From Gekko japonicus (taxonomy: Eukaryota), in NCBI RefSeq assembly GCF_001447785.1, contig NW_015172043.1, positions 141,996 to 205,995 on the forward strand: 64,000 bases of DNA, given 5' to 3'. Shown one piece after another: positions 35,810 to 49,300 of the stretch (positions are counted from its first letter, which is position 1; every line of letters starts with the position of its first letter). The notes under the pieces are model-generated. The model made no database searches and had not been told where the DNA came from. It saw only the letters and a list, made by a program, of their open reading frames with translations. Both the position numbers and the translations under genes were made by a program.

Positions 35810-38151
35810 TGTCAAACTCTGTCTTTAGTTTGCCATAAGTGTAAAGGGGAAATTCCTATGGGGGGGGGGTGAATGGCTGAGTGTGTGAACTGCTGCTCTG
35901 CTCTCTATTGTAGGTGTCATAACTCTTTCCAAGATACCTCCCGGTCTAGGGACGACCTTGAGCCACACTGTTGCTATTATAGATAAAGAAGCAGTATATT
36001 CTCAGGTGGGGGGGGGCAGTAGGCGTGACTGCTAGGCATGTGATTGGATGCATGTAAGGCGGGGCACTGTTTAAACTGTCTATATCTTTGAATTCTCCCA
36101 CCAGAACCTCAGTTTTTTTAATAAGTTTTATTTAAATTTTACAAAGTATATTCATACATATACTAGTATTTACATACATATATCCTCCAGGAGTCTATTA
36201 AATATTATTTTCCTTTATCCATTTATATATCCCATCCCATCTTTCTTGAAATATTTTATCAACTTTTCCTTGTAGAGTTACATTCAGTTTGTCCATTTCT
36301 GCCACTTTCAAGAGTTTCATAGCTAATTCCTTTATCGTTGGTATCTTTTCTTGTTTCCAGTATTTTGCTATTAAAATTCTAGCTGCTCTGAGAATATAAG
36401 TCTGTACGTATACCTCCTTTTCTTTATATTCCTTGGGAATCATGTTTAACAAGTAGATCTCTGGACATGGTTTTACATAAATATGTAACACTTCCATTAT
36501 TATATTATTTACATTTTGCCAAAATCTGTATATTTTTCCACAATTTCACCACATGTGGAAGAAAGTCCCTACGTTCGTTTTATATCTCCAACAGTTTTTA
36601 TTTGGTGTTTTATATGCTTTTGCTATTTTTTCAGGAGTCCAATACCACCTATGAAACATTTTGAAGATATTTTCTTTAAAGGATATTGCTCTCATTAATT
36701 TCATTGTTTTCCATATTTTTTGCCAATCATCAGTTTGAATAGTCTTTCCCAAATCTTTCATCCACATAATCATAGAATTCTTTATTGTTTCATCATATAA
36801 ATATTCATCTAGAAAGAAGTTGTATATTTTTTGAATTAGTTTATCATTGGAGGAAAACCAGATTTTATCAAGCTCATATTTGGATTTTAAGAATTCCACA
36901 GTTTTGTCTTTATTATATCTATCTTGTAATTGTATTTGTTCCCACCATGTAAGGTGGAGGTTCTTGGTTTTTAAGTTTTCTATTGATCTTAATTTATTGT
37001 TTTCATCTAGCAATAAATCATATGCCATAGCTTTTTCTTTTAACATTAGTTTAGGATTTATGAACGATTCTAGAGGCGAGACCCATCTTGGTATTTTTGT
37101 ATAATGAGTATCTTTTATATCCTTCCATGTTTTCATTAAAGCTGTTCTAATAATATGATTATGGAAGTTGGCATGAATTTTATCTTTTCTGTACCATAAG
37201 TGCGCATGCCAACCCATATACAGGTCATGACCTTCTAAATGTAATGTTCTCCTGTTTTCTAGCTGTACCCAATCTTTGACCAAACCCATAGCAGCTGCTT
37301 GATAATAAAGACGCCAGTTTGGTAGGCCCAAACCTCCTCTTTCTTTTTTATCTTGTAATATCTTTAAGGTAATTCATGCCCTTTTTGGATACCAAATAAA
37401 TTTCCTTGTAATTTTTTCCAATTCCGTAAAATATTGATTCCTTTTTAGTATTGGTAAATTTTGAGCTAGAAATAAGAACCGGGTAGGATATTCATCTTGA
37501 TTGTCGCTATTCTTCCCATTAGAGATAACTGAAGATCTTTCCAGATGTAAATCTTTTCTTATTTCCTCTCTTAGTTTGTTGTAGTTATTTTCTATTAACA
37601 TGCTGTTTCTATTAAGGTTATTCCTAAATATTTAACTTTATTTGAAATTTGCATTTTTGTGGAGTTTTGGAGTTCATTTATTAATTCTTGCGGACAGTTT
37701 TTGGTTAGTTTTTTAGTTTTATTGAAGTTGATTTTTAGTTCTGCTATTTTTCCATAATCTTGGATTTCTTTTAACAAACATGGAGTTGTTAATAATGGTC
37801 TTTCTAAACACTAAATCATCGGCAAACGCTTGTAACTTATATTCTTCATCTTTAATTTTCAGACCTCTGATCTTTCCATTCTGTCTTATATTATCATTTA
37901 AAGTTTCTAATATAAAAATAAATAGTAGCAGTGAGAGTGGGCATCCTTGTCTAGTACCTTTTTGGATCTCAATTTTTCCTGTCACTTCACCATTCACTAG
38001 TATACTTGCCTGTTGATTTTTATATATTGCTCCCACCAGAACCTCAGTTCTGACACGGTACTGATCTAGCCTGGAATATAAGTATTCTTCAATAAACAAA
38101 TCACTTACAAAGAGAGTGTTGTTGAGAGTAACTCTAGCCAGGAGTCTGACA
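35810..38151 (+). mobile_element. Solo LTR (about 400 bp net) interrupted by an L1
   Basis: TGTCAAACTC...GAGTCTGACA ends, 5-bp TSD ATTGC, AATAAA near 38091. Confidence 0.8.
36113..38029 (-). mobile_element. L1/Tx1-clade LINE, 5'-truncated ORF2
   Basis: GTRQGCPLS, FADD, KYLG, GLPN.RLYY, CWR..GTFFHMW; poly-A end; 20-bp TSD CTCCCACCAGAACCTCAGTT. Confidence 0.92.
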
Positions 38152-38809
38152 ATTGCTGAAAGTGATTATTCCTGCCTAACACATAGCCAAAAACAATCAC
38201 TCTGACATTAGTACAGAAAAGAAAGTGAATGACACACAAGGAAACAGTTCTCATCTTTCAAAATTCCTTTTAATGCCCAGAAAATGATGACATTAAGCCA
38301 TTAATGCATGCTTTAGGGTAATGGAGCAGGTTTGTTTCAGTACTCAGCTGGAGACATTAAGAACGTATGCAAGGGCACAACAGGCAATACAACAGCACAA
38401 GACTCTAAGTAATTGAAGCCATCAGTCACTTCTGGCTTCTACCAGTTTAATAGTTGAAGTTACCATTTTAGCAGCGTTTGACATCTACCACCTGGAACTA
38501 CCTTCCCTGATGTTATTGTCCTGATTCTGCAACTCCTTGCCCCCTTCCTCCAGCTTCTTGGGTGGGAGCGACCAAGAGTCTTGGGTGTCTGTGTGCATGA
38601 GAGTTTCTAACCCTGCTTGTAGAGAACTCTAGCATCCCTCCTTCCTGTCCTTCAGGTAGCCTGCCACCAGCCAGACACTTCTGTGCTCCCTAAACTCTTC
38701 CAGTAATCTAACTCACTGGCAGTGGGGGTTCTGTACATGCACACCTGTGGAATAACTAGTCTCCTAGTATCAGGAAATCCCTCTAGCTCAGCTGAGTGTG
38801 TGGCCTGCC

Positions 38810-39370
38810 TGTTGTACATATTAGATTCCATGTCAAAAATGAAGTCAAATGAGGAGGAAGTTCTTGTATTTTATTGTAATGAAATACGGAAAACAGGCCA
38901 AAGAACCCATCAAAACTGATTGCTTTCTTCTCAGCATAACCAGGAAAAATGCCTCAATTAATAGGAAAACAATTAGACCAAATAGTTAACAAAAAATTGA
39001 CAACTTTCTTCTTTTTCTTCTTCATCTTCTTCTTGAGCATATTCTGAACATATTCAGGAAATACATGATAATCTATACATGGACTGACATCATCAAGAAA
39101 ACAATATTCAAACAGCATAATTGGTTAGAAAAGACAGTGGTGATTTGAGTAATAATCCTCTGATTGGCCAGATATAAAGAAACATATCTACGTCAAACTA
39201 AGTGTTTACTTAACCTAACCTAAATGATAATGGGCAAGGATTCTTCATATCAGACTAAAATCTTATCTGACCCAGACATTGAAAGGTTTGCCCTAAGAAC
39301 TACAGAATCATTAACTTTGTACCTATTATGTTGTCTGCTAACAATATCAGACCTACAAGAGGAAAGCCTT
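38810..39370 (-). mobile_element. Truncated LTR of the 48456-49185 family
   Basis: Reverse-complement match to about 48578-49185. Confidence 0.85.
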
Positions 39371-39469
39371 GCATCAGGTTTCAGGCCTGATGCAAGCCCA
39401 TCATTCAGGAACTCTAGCACTGCATGCAGAGGGGGTCATGTGGAATCAACAGACTTCTGTCTGCACCAT

Positions 39470-40916
39470 CTATGAAAAGCCTGATTGTGGAGTCTTTCCT
39501 GGATGCCAAGATGGTATTTGTCACATCCGTCAAATAGCCAAGCTTCAAGTAAGAAGACCATTCAAGCTCCATATGGTCAGCATTAGTCGATCTGGCTCTG
39601 GATGCCAGACCGGTCCCTGGATGAGCATGTCCAGAGACACCGGGATTTGTAGTGGAGGAGACTCGGATAACTGTTGCGGAGTTGAAAACCACAGATGACA
39701 AGGCCACCATGGAGTCACCAGAAGAACTGTGGCCTTCTGTTGTCGTATTTTTCTCAGGACTTTTGGTAGGATGGGAGTGGGAGGGAAGGCATACAATAGT
39801 CCCCTGGGCCACTGAGTGGTCAGGGCATCCGTGACTTCCACCCTGTTGTGATGGAACCTTGAGAAAAATCTGGGGAGTTGATTGTTCACACCCGAAGCAA
39901 ACAGATCCACTATCGGAGTCTCGAAATGTTGTAGTATCCAGCCGAAGGTCTTTTTGCTCAGCGTCCACTCTCCTGGGTCTATCATTCATCTGCTGAGCCA
40001 ATCCGCCTTGATGTTGTCAAACCCTTGATATGCTCGGCTCTGAGTGAAGCTAGGTTTCTCTCCACCCAAGTTAGAAGTATCAGAGCTTCTTTGTGGAAGG
40101 CTGACGATCTGGATCCCCCTTGATTGTTCAGATAAGACTTGGCTGACACATTGTCTGTCCAGACTAAGATATGTTGTTTCCGAACACTGTCTTTGAAGTG
40201 AAGAAGGGCCAGTCGTATAGCTCTGAGATCTAATATGTTGATGGGCAGAAGAGATTCCCTGTGGGACCAGCGCCCCTGCACTGGGCTCTCGTTCAGGGTC
40301 GCTCCCTAACCCTTGGAGACTGGCATCCATGAAAATCTGTAGCTCATCTTTGTGAAAAAATTTCTTTCCTTGACGAAGATTGGAGTCCTTCATCCACCAA
40401 CAAAGAGACTGACGTAGGGACAAGGGTACCTGTAGTAAGGTGTCTTTCTTCTTCATGATTTGAAACTGATAGGGACGAAGACAGATCTGTAGAGCCCTGG
40501 TGTGTAATCTGCCCCACTGGATAGCATCCAGATTGGAAATCAGGAGTCCCATAACCTTGGCTAAGGTCATGAGTGACAATGTTGGATGTTCTATGATTAA
40601 ACTCACCGCTTGTTTTGTCTTTGAGATCTTCTGTTCTGGTAAGTATAGAGTGGTAAGTTTGGTGTCGATCAACATACCCAGATGTTTCAATCTCTGGACT
40701 GGGTCTAGTGAGCTCTTGGCATGGTTGATCAAGAAGCCGTGCGCTTGAAGACACTGTATTGTCTCCTGAACGTCCTGAAAGGAAAAGTACTGAAGAGGGG
40801 GCGTTCCCAATCCACACAGGAAGAGGAAGAAAGAATTTTGTTCCCGCCTCTCCCTGATAGGATGGTGGGAATCACCCAAGATGTCCTCTGCCTCAGAGGG
40901 AGAACTGTTTAAATTA
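39470..40916 (-). mobile_element. DIRS1-like retrotransposon fragment: RT C-terminus, RNase H, adenine methyltransferase domain
   Basis: GFLINHAKS, HLGMLID, DAS, IN.L.LRAI, TDN..A.SY.N.QGG.RS, DLFAS, DAL...W, YAFPP, P.WP...WF; frameshifted. Confidence 0.88.
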
Positions 40917-41309
40917 CCCACCAAGGTAAGCATAGGGCTAATCAGGCAAAAGAGATACAGCCAGTGCCCTCCTGTAATAAAGGAATTAATTGATAAAATA
41001 TTTTGGTTTATACTTCTGATACTTGTTTTCTTATAGCTTCTCAGACACCATAAAAAAGCACACCTGCACACAGAAGTATACTGTGTCAGAGATTGGACTA
41101 GGCTGAACACCACCTGGGAATATTCCAACATGCAGGCAGCCTTTAATGAGACAGTCTAGGAACAAATGCTAACATTTGATTCTGTTGGTAGGGTCAAAGA
41201 AAGGGCATCCAAACTTCAGTGGAAAAGTTGCCCTCCTCCATTGATTTACTTTTTTGTTTCCTTGCAGTGTAAAGAAGTGATGCAGACTCCAGTCTCTGTA
41301 TAACAAATG

Positions 41310-41315
41310 TTTATT
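41310..41315 (-). terminator. Candidate POLDIP3 polyadenylation signal
   Basis: AATAAA on the minus strand about 1.9 kb after the stop codon. Confidence 0.45.
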
Positions 41316-43217
41316 CAGAAACATAATACATAGTGTCCTCCAGCCCCAACCTTCCCTTCCCCTGTAATTCACCATTCCAATGGAACATAGCTGTCTGGGA
41401 CAGGGATTTGCAATTCTGTACACACATAACAGTTCTCCAGTTCACGAACAGCATCTCCCAAGCAAGGGTGACATTATGACCAGACTGAAATGAATAATCC
41501 AGATGATCAAATCACACTGGAAACAAATCTCCTTGCATGTCCTGGAGGGTTATGATGGGACGTGACCCGATGAAACGGATTGTACAGATGAAAAAGCAGA
41601 AGAATCCATAGAGCGGCAAGCTCTGCTATGAAAGTGATCTAATCACACTACAGGATTTCAGCACAGATGAACAGAGGGCTAGCCTTGTAGCTGGAAGGAT
41701 AAAGATTTAAGCCCCCACCCTAATTTAAAAGTAGCTTTTAGTACCCTTGGCTTGGCTTGAGTTTAAATTAATGCATCTATTTGAACTGTTGACAATTCTG
41801 TTTCCACTGGGTAATGGGATATTAACAAAAGGGGGAGTGCATGTCTCCTAGTGAAGACTGGCAAGTCAGTGAAAGATTCTGGATGGACCAAAGTGCATCC
41901 TTCTTCCTTGGAGTTTGGTTCACTCCCTACTTCCCCTTCCATGTTCTGTGCCAACTGGGCAAGGTCTCTCACTATCAACGGCATGTGGCACTTGCTATTT
42001 TCCAGGACAGACAAGTCAGCAATAGTGCAGTACAGCAGTACCACAGTCTGCCCCAAATATAGGAGAGTGTTAAAGGATGCCATTTTCACTATTGAACAGT
42101 TCTCAAAAGCGGGAGGTGGAAGTTGTTTCTGTGACCAAACTCACCTCCAGCCAGAGTGAGGAACCTTTGCTGTGGGATGAGGGAAGGCAGGGTAGGACAA
42201 GGAGAAGCCCCTGAAAGCAATTCTAACAAGTCTAGAAGTTTGTCTCCCAGCAAGGTCCATGAGCAGCACACACAGGCATGAATCCAGGTCTGTCTGAGCA
42301 AGCAAAACAAGGGCCTGCAGAGCTTTTAAAGCACAATGCAAGAGAGGTGGACTGCTCTGCTCCTTCCTGAAAAACTGAAGGTGGAGCAGGAGTGCAGGCA
42401 CTTTCTCTCCTGCTCAAATGGTCGAGATGGAGGGGTGCACAAAGTGAAAAGGAGTATTCTACTGATAAACAAAATCCCATGCATCCAAAGGATGAGAAAG
42501 CAGTTTTGTGACATCTTCAGACTGAAGATGATGTCAATGTTGGGAGTGGGGCCCTTTCTTCTCTTGCTAACACATGTTCAACACAAGCAGGGAGAGAACA
42601 GAAGTGTAGGGCATGCCATGTTCCCGTACCTATACATTCCTCCCACTGCCTGCACAGCCCCTTCCTTCTTCACTGAGGGGCTGTCTTAATTGACTATGGG
42701 ATGCTGCATGAATGTAATTTTACAGTTTTAAAACTTGCTACTGGTATTATTAAGGGTGTGGCAGTCCAGCACCACACCTGGTCTCATCCCTAGACATTGT
42801 TGCACTGAAAAATGAAATGAAGTTTTATCACCAGTCAAAAGTAAAGGGACTCCATCTCTCACTCAAAAGATGCCAGCCCAAGCAAGATGCTGCTTGTGCC
42901 CTTTTGCCAGATGGCACTTTTCCTGGCTGGCTACTAGAGGACTGAAACAAAGGAAGGAGTTGTATGGTCTAAGCTTGGTGCTATATTTCTCACTGGAGGA
43001 AGGGAAGATTAATCCTTTAGAAATATGCGGGCAAAAAACTCCAACTATGAAAACAGAACACATATATTAGGGACAGTACTATTGTACAGGAAGGTAGCAA
43101 CTGTAGAAAAACAAAGGTCTCCGCACGGTCAACTGCAGTAACAGTTGTGTTCCTGCATACATCTCCCTATTTCCCGTGCTCAATAGGTTTTCCAGTCCAC
43201 TTCTTGCCTTCCACTCC

Positions 43218-43392
43218 TCAAAGTTTGATTTTGAACTCTGTAGGCTGCACAGAGGCAGAGATCCCTGAGGATTTGAAGAGTGCCTTCAAGATGGTATCAG
43301 GGTCCACCTCTGCAGGAGGATTTGAGGAGGCGCCTACACTTGTTCGACGTGGTTCACCTTCTTTCTTCACTGAGGGGGTGTCACTTAATCGA
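43218..43392 (-). CDS. POLDIP3: POLDIP3 exon 9 coding part
   Basis: RLSDTPSVKKE...PTEFKIKL*. Confidence 0.95.
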
Positions 43393-46300
43393 CTGTGGGA
43401 AACAACAGAAAACAGAGTTAAATTCATGACAAACTCACTCTAGCCTCTTTGTTCCTGTGCCAAAATAACCCCTTGGTACACCGAGGAGCTAAAGAGTTTG
43501 AAACAGGAGCTACTCACGGTGATCCATGCAATGGTCACCTCCAGGCGGGATACTGGAACTTGCTCTACCCAGGGCTTCCCTTGAGGTTGATCCGGAAAAT
43601 GCAACGGATCCAGAATGCAGCTGCAAGGGTTCTGACAGGAACGCCTTTTAGAGCGCATATCCAACTGGTGCACTATCTGCTGCACTGGCTCCAGTCTGAA
43701 AACCGGATCAGATTAACAGTTCTAGTGCTAACCTTCAAAGCCCTTAATGGTCAGGGACCAGCATACCTTTGGGACCACCTCTCCTGGTCTGTCCCCAGCA
43801 GAGCATTATGCTTGAGTGACCAAAATCTACTGGTGGTCTCTGGGCCCAAAGAGCATTTGGCTGTCCTCAACTAGGGCCAGAGCCTTCTTGGCCCTGGCCC
43901 CAGCCTGGTGGAACACTCTTCTGGGAGAGACCAAGGCCCTGCGGGATTTGGTACAATTCTGCAGGGCCTGCAAAACAGAGTTGTTCCGTTGGGCCTATGG
44001 TGATAGGCCTATCTAAGTTCTGGCCTTCCCCTCTTTCTCACTCCCCCCCCTTTCCCTTCTATCAGATGCCTGTACATTGCCCCCCATAGGAGTTTTTATG
44101 TCATCTTGAAATTGTATTTTATAGTATTTATTGAGATTGTTTTTTGTACCACTGGAAAGTTTTTAAAATGTATGTTGTATAAATTGTTGTCACCCACTCT
44201 GAGCTGGTCTTGGGGAGAGTGGGATATAAATAGTATAAAATAAATAAAAATGGCAAGAAAACAAAATGCTGAGCTGAGCATCCAAGTTTATACTTTTCAG
44301 TGGTTCCCAGCCAAGGTACCGCATAGCTCATTTAAGCCAAAAGAAACGTTCATGGTATTTAAATTATCCAGTGTCCTGGGCAGAATAATGCAGAACAGGG
44401 AAACTCAGCCACCATCTTTTGAACCAAAATTCTCCTTCTGATGATCAAAACTAGCTGTCAGAGGCTGGGAGAAACCTGATGAAACCTTAAGCAGAAAGTA
44501 CAACTGCTGCATACGCAGCTCAAAATCTGTGTGGCAAAAATGGGAATTTTTAAGAGTAAAATGAACAGACAGAGGCTGTTATCTCCCTTTCAGACAATCC
44601 ACTGACATTTTGCTACAGAGCAAGGTATTCTATGATGTCCCTAAGCAAAATACCATAGTTCCTTGAACATACTTACAGCAAGATGGGTTGGTCAGATGTG
44701 ATGATATTTCCATTCATATGAAGGTTGCATTTCATTGGTTGCCCTGGTGAATGAAAACAAAGGAAACTAAACAGTCTAGCATGGAAAGAAAGTATTGCAC
44801 CCACTTTTTAATCACTCCTACTGAAAGTGGAGCAGATATCCAAAATAATGGTTTCCCCTCATAGCACACAATCACCTCTGACTGGCAGAAGGACAAATCA
44901 TCAAATATCAGTGATCAAACAAAGCAGACTGGAGTCTGCATCACTTCTTTACACTGCAAGCAACAAAAACAAAAACAAAAAAACCCCCAAAGCAAGATGC
45001 AACGTACAGGGCGCATTTTCAGAAGGCAGTGCACCACTGGCCCAGTAAAAGTTTGCCCTTTTTTACATATCAAAACCAGCAACAAGGTACATTATATTTT
45101 TCAGAAATGTTATATAAAATGGCACATCCCTTTGTTTTTCTTAACAGAAAGGTGAATCACAACCCACTGATATATTTCATTGACAAATTTCTGTCCAAAT
45201 GAACTCCTTTTGTGTGTATCTGAGTTGTCTTTGAGAAAGCCTACTTAAGATTTAAGGGCATATATCCATGCCCTTAAGCAGCACAGGAAATACTTTACTG
45301 CCTGAATTGAGATTTCCCTGAAAAATGTTTAATGTGCAGCAAATGCTGATCATAAAATCCTAACTCAACAACCAAAAGCATAAACAGAAATCAGTAAATC
45401 AGTTTCCACAAAATGTAGGTAACTTTGAAGAATCCAATGTTATAAGAAAATATAGTATCATGGAAGATGGCTTTATAGCTGGAAGGAATTCAGATTAACC
45501 TTTGTGGAAACCAGCCATCATCTTAGATTGAGGCTCAAGATTCCAAGGTATAGCTAAAGGTCCTAGTTTTTAATCCAGAGGTGCTCCAATCAGGTAGAAA
45601 GCAAAGGCGGGGGGGGGGATTAAATACACAAATGGAACACATGGGGGAGGAAGTAGTGAACTCCTGCCCCATCCTCAGATCCCCAGCATCCCCCTCAACC
45701 AGAATCCTTTGTGAACTTTGATATTCAAGGGATGACAATTTTTATTTATTTGATTTATACCGTGCACTCCCCACCGAGACAGGCTCAGGGATGAACTTTG
45801 ATATTCTTGGCACTGTAACCCAGACTACACTTCAGTGAAAAGCATAGTACCTGTGGCAGAAACTTGGCTACCTGTTTGAGAGTTCAGGTCTGGATGCCTA
45901 CTTGAGAACCAAAGCCTACTCCTTTGGACTGGCTATTGTTTTCATTACTTAATAGAACAAAATAAAGTTGAAAGTTAAAGCAATGCTGCCATGTTATTGA
46001 AAGCTGAGACTGAGGTGAAAAGGGGACACAGAATGATCCCAAAAAAGCTTGCTTTCCATCCCCAGCATGGCTTCTCATCTCCCCCCACCCATTGTAATAG
46101 AAATTAACAAAGGACACAAACCCTAGAGCCCAATTATTTCTTTCAGAAAATATATTCATAATGAATATCTCTCCTTTTAGTGGCTCAACAAAGGCTTCCA
46201 GCATAGGGCTGTGTAAAAAAAAAAAAAGTCGGCATTTTTTGTCTTCGGATATATCAGACCTGAAAAATATTGGTAAATGTGAAATTTCCCCAGTCCAATA

Positions 46301-49300
46301 CTGGTAAAGTATTGGGACTGGGGAAATATTTGGTATTGCTGAATATATTTGGGTCTTATATACCCAACTGAAGGGAAGGGAGGCATGTTAAAATGCCTTC
46401 TTTCTCTCTGGAAGCCGCTGCAGCTTTCCTGGTTGATTTCACTCCCCCCCCCCCCCAAGTCAGCCTTAGGTTTAAGCTATTTAAACCTAACAGCCGACTA
46501 GCCAGGGGAGTGACCACAGAGAGCCTCCTCTCTCTGCCTTCCCTTCTCTACCTGCCCCAGGGAAGCTAGAGAAGGGCAGGCAGGGAGCCCAAGCATGTTT
46601 CCACGGCTACCCTTGGCTTCCCAGCTGGCCTGCCACTGCGGGTTGGCTGGGTAAGCATATGGAAGGCATTGAAACATGCCTCCTTCCCTCCCTGCTGCTG
46701 CAGAGACACTCAGGGAGGGAAGGGAAAATCAGCGCAGGCCTGTTTAAATGCCTTTCTTTCCCTTCCCGAGATCTGCCCCTGCGGCACAGCTGAAGAAGGG
46801 CAGGCAGGGAGCCCCGGCATGTTTCCACGCTGGCTGGGGAAGCACAGGGAAGGCATGGAAACACGCCTGGGCTCCCTGCCTGCCCTTCTCCAATTGCCAC
46901 AGGGCTGTGGAGAGGCTGGAGAAGGGCAGGCAGAGACAGCGCAGGCATGTTTAAATGCCTTTCCTTCCCTCACTGACCTCGGGGAGGGAAAGAAAGGCAT
47001 TAAAACATGGTTGTGCTCTCTGCCTGCACTTCCCCAGCAGCCCTGGGACAGCTGGAGAAGGGAAGGCATAGAGAGGCGGCTTTCCCTGGCTTAAACCTAA
47101 AAGCTGACTGGCGGGAAGTGAAATTGACTAGGGAAGCCACAGGGGGAGGGAAGTCTGCATTCAATTACCTGAAAGCCAAAAGAGCCAAATAAATTTGGGA
47201 AACTCTATTTGGTAGCTGAAAAGTTTCCTGAATTTGCATTTGGCTTAGGAATACCGAATAAATACCAATAAGGCATTTATTCGGTATTTTTTTCGGCTAT
47301 TCCAGCACATTCAGGTAACCAGGCAAAGGTCTTGACAGAGTGACCTTCTAGTCCTAACGACTGTGCTTTGACAAAAAGGGCAAACTTCTGATACCTTCCC
47401 AAACAGTGTAAACATTGTAGCTGCATGCTGAACACCCAACAATTCCTGAAAATGGTCTCTGGGCCTTCCTATTATGGCCCCTCTTCCCAGGTTCTGATAA
47501 GTTCTTAAAACAGTTAATACATCAGCAGTACCATCCAAGAACTCTGGTGGGGCGAATGCTACACTTACCATCCAAGCACCTGTTGTTGTATTTCTTATAT
47601 GCAGTGATGGCATCCTCCTTTTTCACAAACACAACCTCAGCCATCCCAGGGTGCACTAGACGGGCTCGCTTCAGAGCACCACATACACAGAACAACTCCT
47701 GCAGAAAGAGCAAATAATTGTATTTATTACTGTTGCTTATTACCTTTAAGAAGTGCATAATGTAGGCCCTTCTAAGAGCTTCCACAGTCAGAAGTTATGT
47801 AGCTACAGACTGTGGAGAGGGCCCTTTTCTAAGGTGATGCCCTTGTTGTGGAACACTCTCTTCTACTGTTGTTTTATAAAAACAATTTTATTCACCTAGG
47901 CCAGAGTCCCCCACATAACACCTGTGGGTGCCATGGGGCCCACCAAGTGTTTTTAGAAAGTGAGTGGGGCCAGGTGGGACTTTTGCCCAGCAAGGCTTCT
48001 GACTGCCCATTGGAAATTGACTGACTGTGCAGATTTTTAAAAAATATTGTTTGACAGCAGCTGCCAGCACAACACAAGGAGGAGAAGGGAGAAGGAGGAG
48101 GAGGAGATTTATACCCCACCCTTCACTACCCGAAGGAGTCTCAGAGCAGCTTACAATCTCTTTTCCCTTCCTGCAACAGACACCCTGTGAGGTAGATGGG
48201 GCTGAGAGAGCTCTTTCGAGAACTGCTCCTGAGACAACAGCTCTGAAACAACTTATAACTGACTCAACGTCACACCAGCAGCTGCACGTGGAGGACTGGG
48301 GAATCAAACCCAGTTCTCCCTGATTATAGAGTCCATGCTCCTAACCACTACGCTAAACTGGCTCTTCACTGTGTGACTGAAGGTAAGATGTGACAGCCAT
48401 TTTGTGGCTGGCCACACCTCCTGTAGCAGCCATTTTGTTTCTGCACCCCCCACACTGTAGTAGAGATGGGACTATATAGATTTTCCCCTGTTTTGATTAT
48501 TCATATTTCTCTGGTTTTTATAGATTTATTCTTTAAGTAATATTTTATTAGGATGTTAGAAAGGCCTGTTATATAGAAGGCTTTCCTCTTGTAGGTCTGA
48601 TATTGCTAGCAAGCAACATAATAGGTACAAAGTTCATGATTCTGTAGTTCTTAGGGCAAACCTTTCAATGTCTGGGTCAGATAGGATTTTAGACTCGTAT
48701 CAGTAATGAATACTTTTGTTTGGGGAAGAACAAGCTTTAGCCGATATGCCTTAGGTCATGTCAAGTAAATATGTGACGCTATTGCATAGAAACACCTTAC
48801 TTACATTTGACCAATAAGGAGATTTTTATGTAAATGTTGTTTAAGCTTTTGTAACCAATTATGCTGTTTGAATATTATTCCCATGATGATGGTATGATGT
48901 CATTTTAAGTATTTAACTTTATGTATTTCCTGAATATGTTCAGAATATGCTCAAGAAGAAGAAGAAGATGAAGAAGAAAAGGAAGAGTTGTCAATTGTTG
49001 TTTAGCTATTTGGTCTTATTGTTTTCCTATTAATTGAAGCATGTTTCCTGATTATGCTGGGAAGAAAGTAGTCAGTTTTGATGGGTTCTTTGGCCTAACT
49101 GTTTTCCATATTTAATTACAATAAAATACAAGAACTTCCTCCTCATTTGACTTCATTTTTGACATGGAATCTAATGTCTACAACAACACTATGTCAGAAT
49201 TCAAAAGAAGCATGCTGGCTTGAAAAGGTTGGGGACCCCTGACCTAAGCCATTAGGGGTTTGAGTTGTTTTGCTATCTTTGCTGGTTTCCTTTAGTCCTA

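Larger units (their letters stand above)
47902..49241. mobile_element. hAT MITE hosting a SINE and a solo LTR
   Basis: CAGAGTCCCCCA / TGGGGACCCCTG ends; TSD ACCTAGGC/ACCTAAGC. Confidence 0.7.

Noticed and set aside
38156-38810. RRP7A pseudogene accompanying the SERHL2 duplicate, as in human
   Set aside because: I could not find any RRP7A exon similarity by eye
39986-41131. 381-aa ORF as a host gene
   Set aside because: Chimeric: non-coding flank plus DIRS RT/RH, drifting out of frame after DASLQG
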